NCBI GenBank assembly: GCA_038245905.1
Contig: JBBRRY010000014.1
Span: 20,614 to 84,613 of the forward strand
Reading direction: 5' to 3'
From: Thermoanaerobaculia bacterium
Lineage (GTDB): Bacteria; Acidobacteriota; Thermoanaerobaculia; UBA5066
Length of the DNA: 64,000 nt
Shown: positions 62,936 to 64,000 of the stretch, piece after piece
How the letters are laid out: each line of letters starts with the position of its first letter
Numbering within the stretch: position 1 is the stretch's first letter
Notes under the pieces: generated by a model
Told to the model about the DNA's origin: nothing
What the model saw: the letters and a program-made list of their open reading frames with translations, nothing else
Database searches by the model: none
Program-made: the position numbers and the translations under genes

Positions 62936-63326
62936 AATTCCCCCCGAGCATTCTTCAATTTCCTTTTCTCATTCTCCTGACGTAGTGGGCGGTGCCCGTG
63001 TCGATCGCTGCTCTCGTTGTTCCTCCTCGGCTCTCTATGTCCAGAAGGACTTCGACCAGCGCCTCGGGTGCGTGATTCTCGCTGCGGGCGCCGCCCTCGC
63101 GCTCGGAGTGTCGTGGCGTTTCGGCGGGATCTGGTTCGTGCCGGTCCTCCTCGCGTTCGCCGCGGCGGACCTCGTCCTCGCGCGGCGCGTCCCGCCGGTC
63201 GTCATCTGCTACCAGTGCGACACGGAATACCGGGATGTCCCGGACGCGTCGTCGGTTCGCGCGTACGACCCCCACATAGCGGAACGCTTCGCGGAAACGA
63301 AAACCGTTCGGCGCATGAATCCCTGA
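62814..63326 (+). CDS. Cys-rich (Zn-ribbon-like) membrane protein; start GTG 62814 or 62832
   Basis: CSEC, CSRC..LYVQKDF, two TM helices, CYQC. Confidence 0.75.
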   Translation: MVHAPSVRVSVYCSECMERIELPPPASEAAGQVECPSKKSSIPPEHSSISFSHSPDVVGGARVDRCSRCSSSALYVQKDFDQRLGCVILAAGAALALGVSWRFGGIWFVPVLLAFAAADLVLARRVPPVVICYQCDTEYRDVPDASSVRAYDPHIAERFAETKTVRRMNP

Positions 63327-63353
63327 CCGGATCGGCTATCCTCGCGGTTCCGC

Positions 63354-64000
63354 ATGCGCCCACTCGGCACCTACCGGCTCGCTCCGGCGCTTCCCGAAGC
63401 GCTCTCCCCGCTCTCGCCTCTCGCGCGCGATCTCCGCGCGACCTGGCGCGAGGAAGTGCGCGCTCTCTTTCGCGACATCGACCCGGAGGAGTGGGAGAGA
63501 AGCGGAAATCCGGTCGTCCTGCTCAGGACGGCCGACCCGGCGCGTCTCGCGGCCCTCGCCGGCGACCCGGCCTACGTGGAACGCGTCCTGGCCGTGGGGC
63601 GAGCGATCGACGCCGAGGATGCGGCTTCGCCGGGGCACCCGGTCGCGGCCGCGCTCGCGGCGTCGGGCGACCGGATTGCCTACTTCTGCGCCGAGTTCGG
63701 GCTCACGGAGATCCTGCCCATCTACTCGGGCGGACTCGGCGTCCTCGCGGGCGACCACCTCAAGTCCTCGAGTGATCTCGGCGTGCCGCTCGTGGGCGTC
63801 GGACTTTTCTACCGCGAAGGATTTTTCCGCCAGATGCTGACGGCGGACGCGCGGCAGAAGGAGGGCTATCCGGTCGTCGACCCGCACGACCTGCCGATCG
63901 ACATTCTTCCGACGCCGGCCGGTGTGGCGCCGATCGTGACCGTACGCGTGGGCGAACGGGATGTCCATCTCCTCGTCCGGCGCGTTCGCGTGGGGCGGAC
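63354..64000 (+). CDS. glgP: Alpha-glucan (glycogen) phosphorylase, 5' part, runs off the window
   Basis: Manual translation: GNPV, IAYFCAEFGL...PIYSGGLGVLAGDHLKSSSDLGVPLVGVGLFYREGFF.Q. Confidence 0.93.
   Translation, partial: MRPLGTYRLAPALPEALSPLSPLARDLRATWREEVRALFRDIDPEEWERSGNPVVLLRTADPARLAALAGDPAYVERVLAVGRAIDAEDAASPGHPVAAALAASGDRIAYFCAEFGLTEILPIYSGGLGVLAGDHLKSSSDLGVPLVGVGLFYREGFFRQMLTADARQKEGYPVVDPHDLPIDILPTPAGVAPIVTVRVGERDVHLLVRRVRVGR

Overview
High-GC (roughly two-thirds G+C by eye) bacterial chromosome segment. Gene order and protein style suggest Acidobacteriota, probably Thermoanaerobaculia; this is an inference. It is densely coding core genome with about 61 CDS: guaB, secA, comM-like, an MglA-like GTPase, hrcA-grpE-dnaK-dnaJ-prmA-rsmE-ilvE, a Tat-exported PaoABC-type molybdoenzyme operon, pilT-recX-alaS, pgsA, trmB, icd, queG, glycosyltransferases, ffh-rpsP-rimM-trmD-rplS-rnhB, an SgmX-like TPR protein, ABC/TolC genes and the start of glgP. 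I found no rRNA, tRNA, CRISPR array, integrase or transposase. The strongest unexplained signal is a dispersed AT-rich motif, consensus about (GA-rich tail)-GATTT(K)CTT(A/T/C)GAA(A/G)GG(T/G)RARGAG. It occurs about 30 times, mostly inside conserved genes, and almost always as a forward copy followed about 60-185 bp later by a reverse copy (four pairs at 135-138 bp). It visibly alters protein sequences, and one copy coincides with a deletion breakpoint. Secondary findings: several genes that appear to need non-canonical CTG/GTC starts (one hides a HAD-DUF309 fusion missed by the ORF track), a NUDIX-Rieske fusion, an MglA/SgmX/PilT polarity set, unannotated small proteins and frequent leaderless-type gene starts. 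All motif counts and spacings were read by hand.
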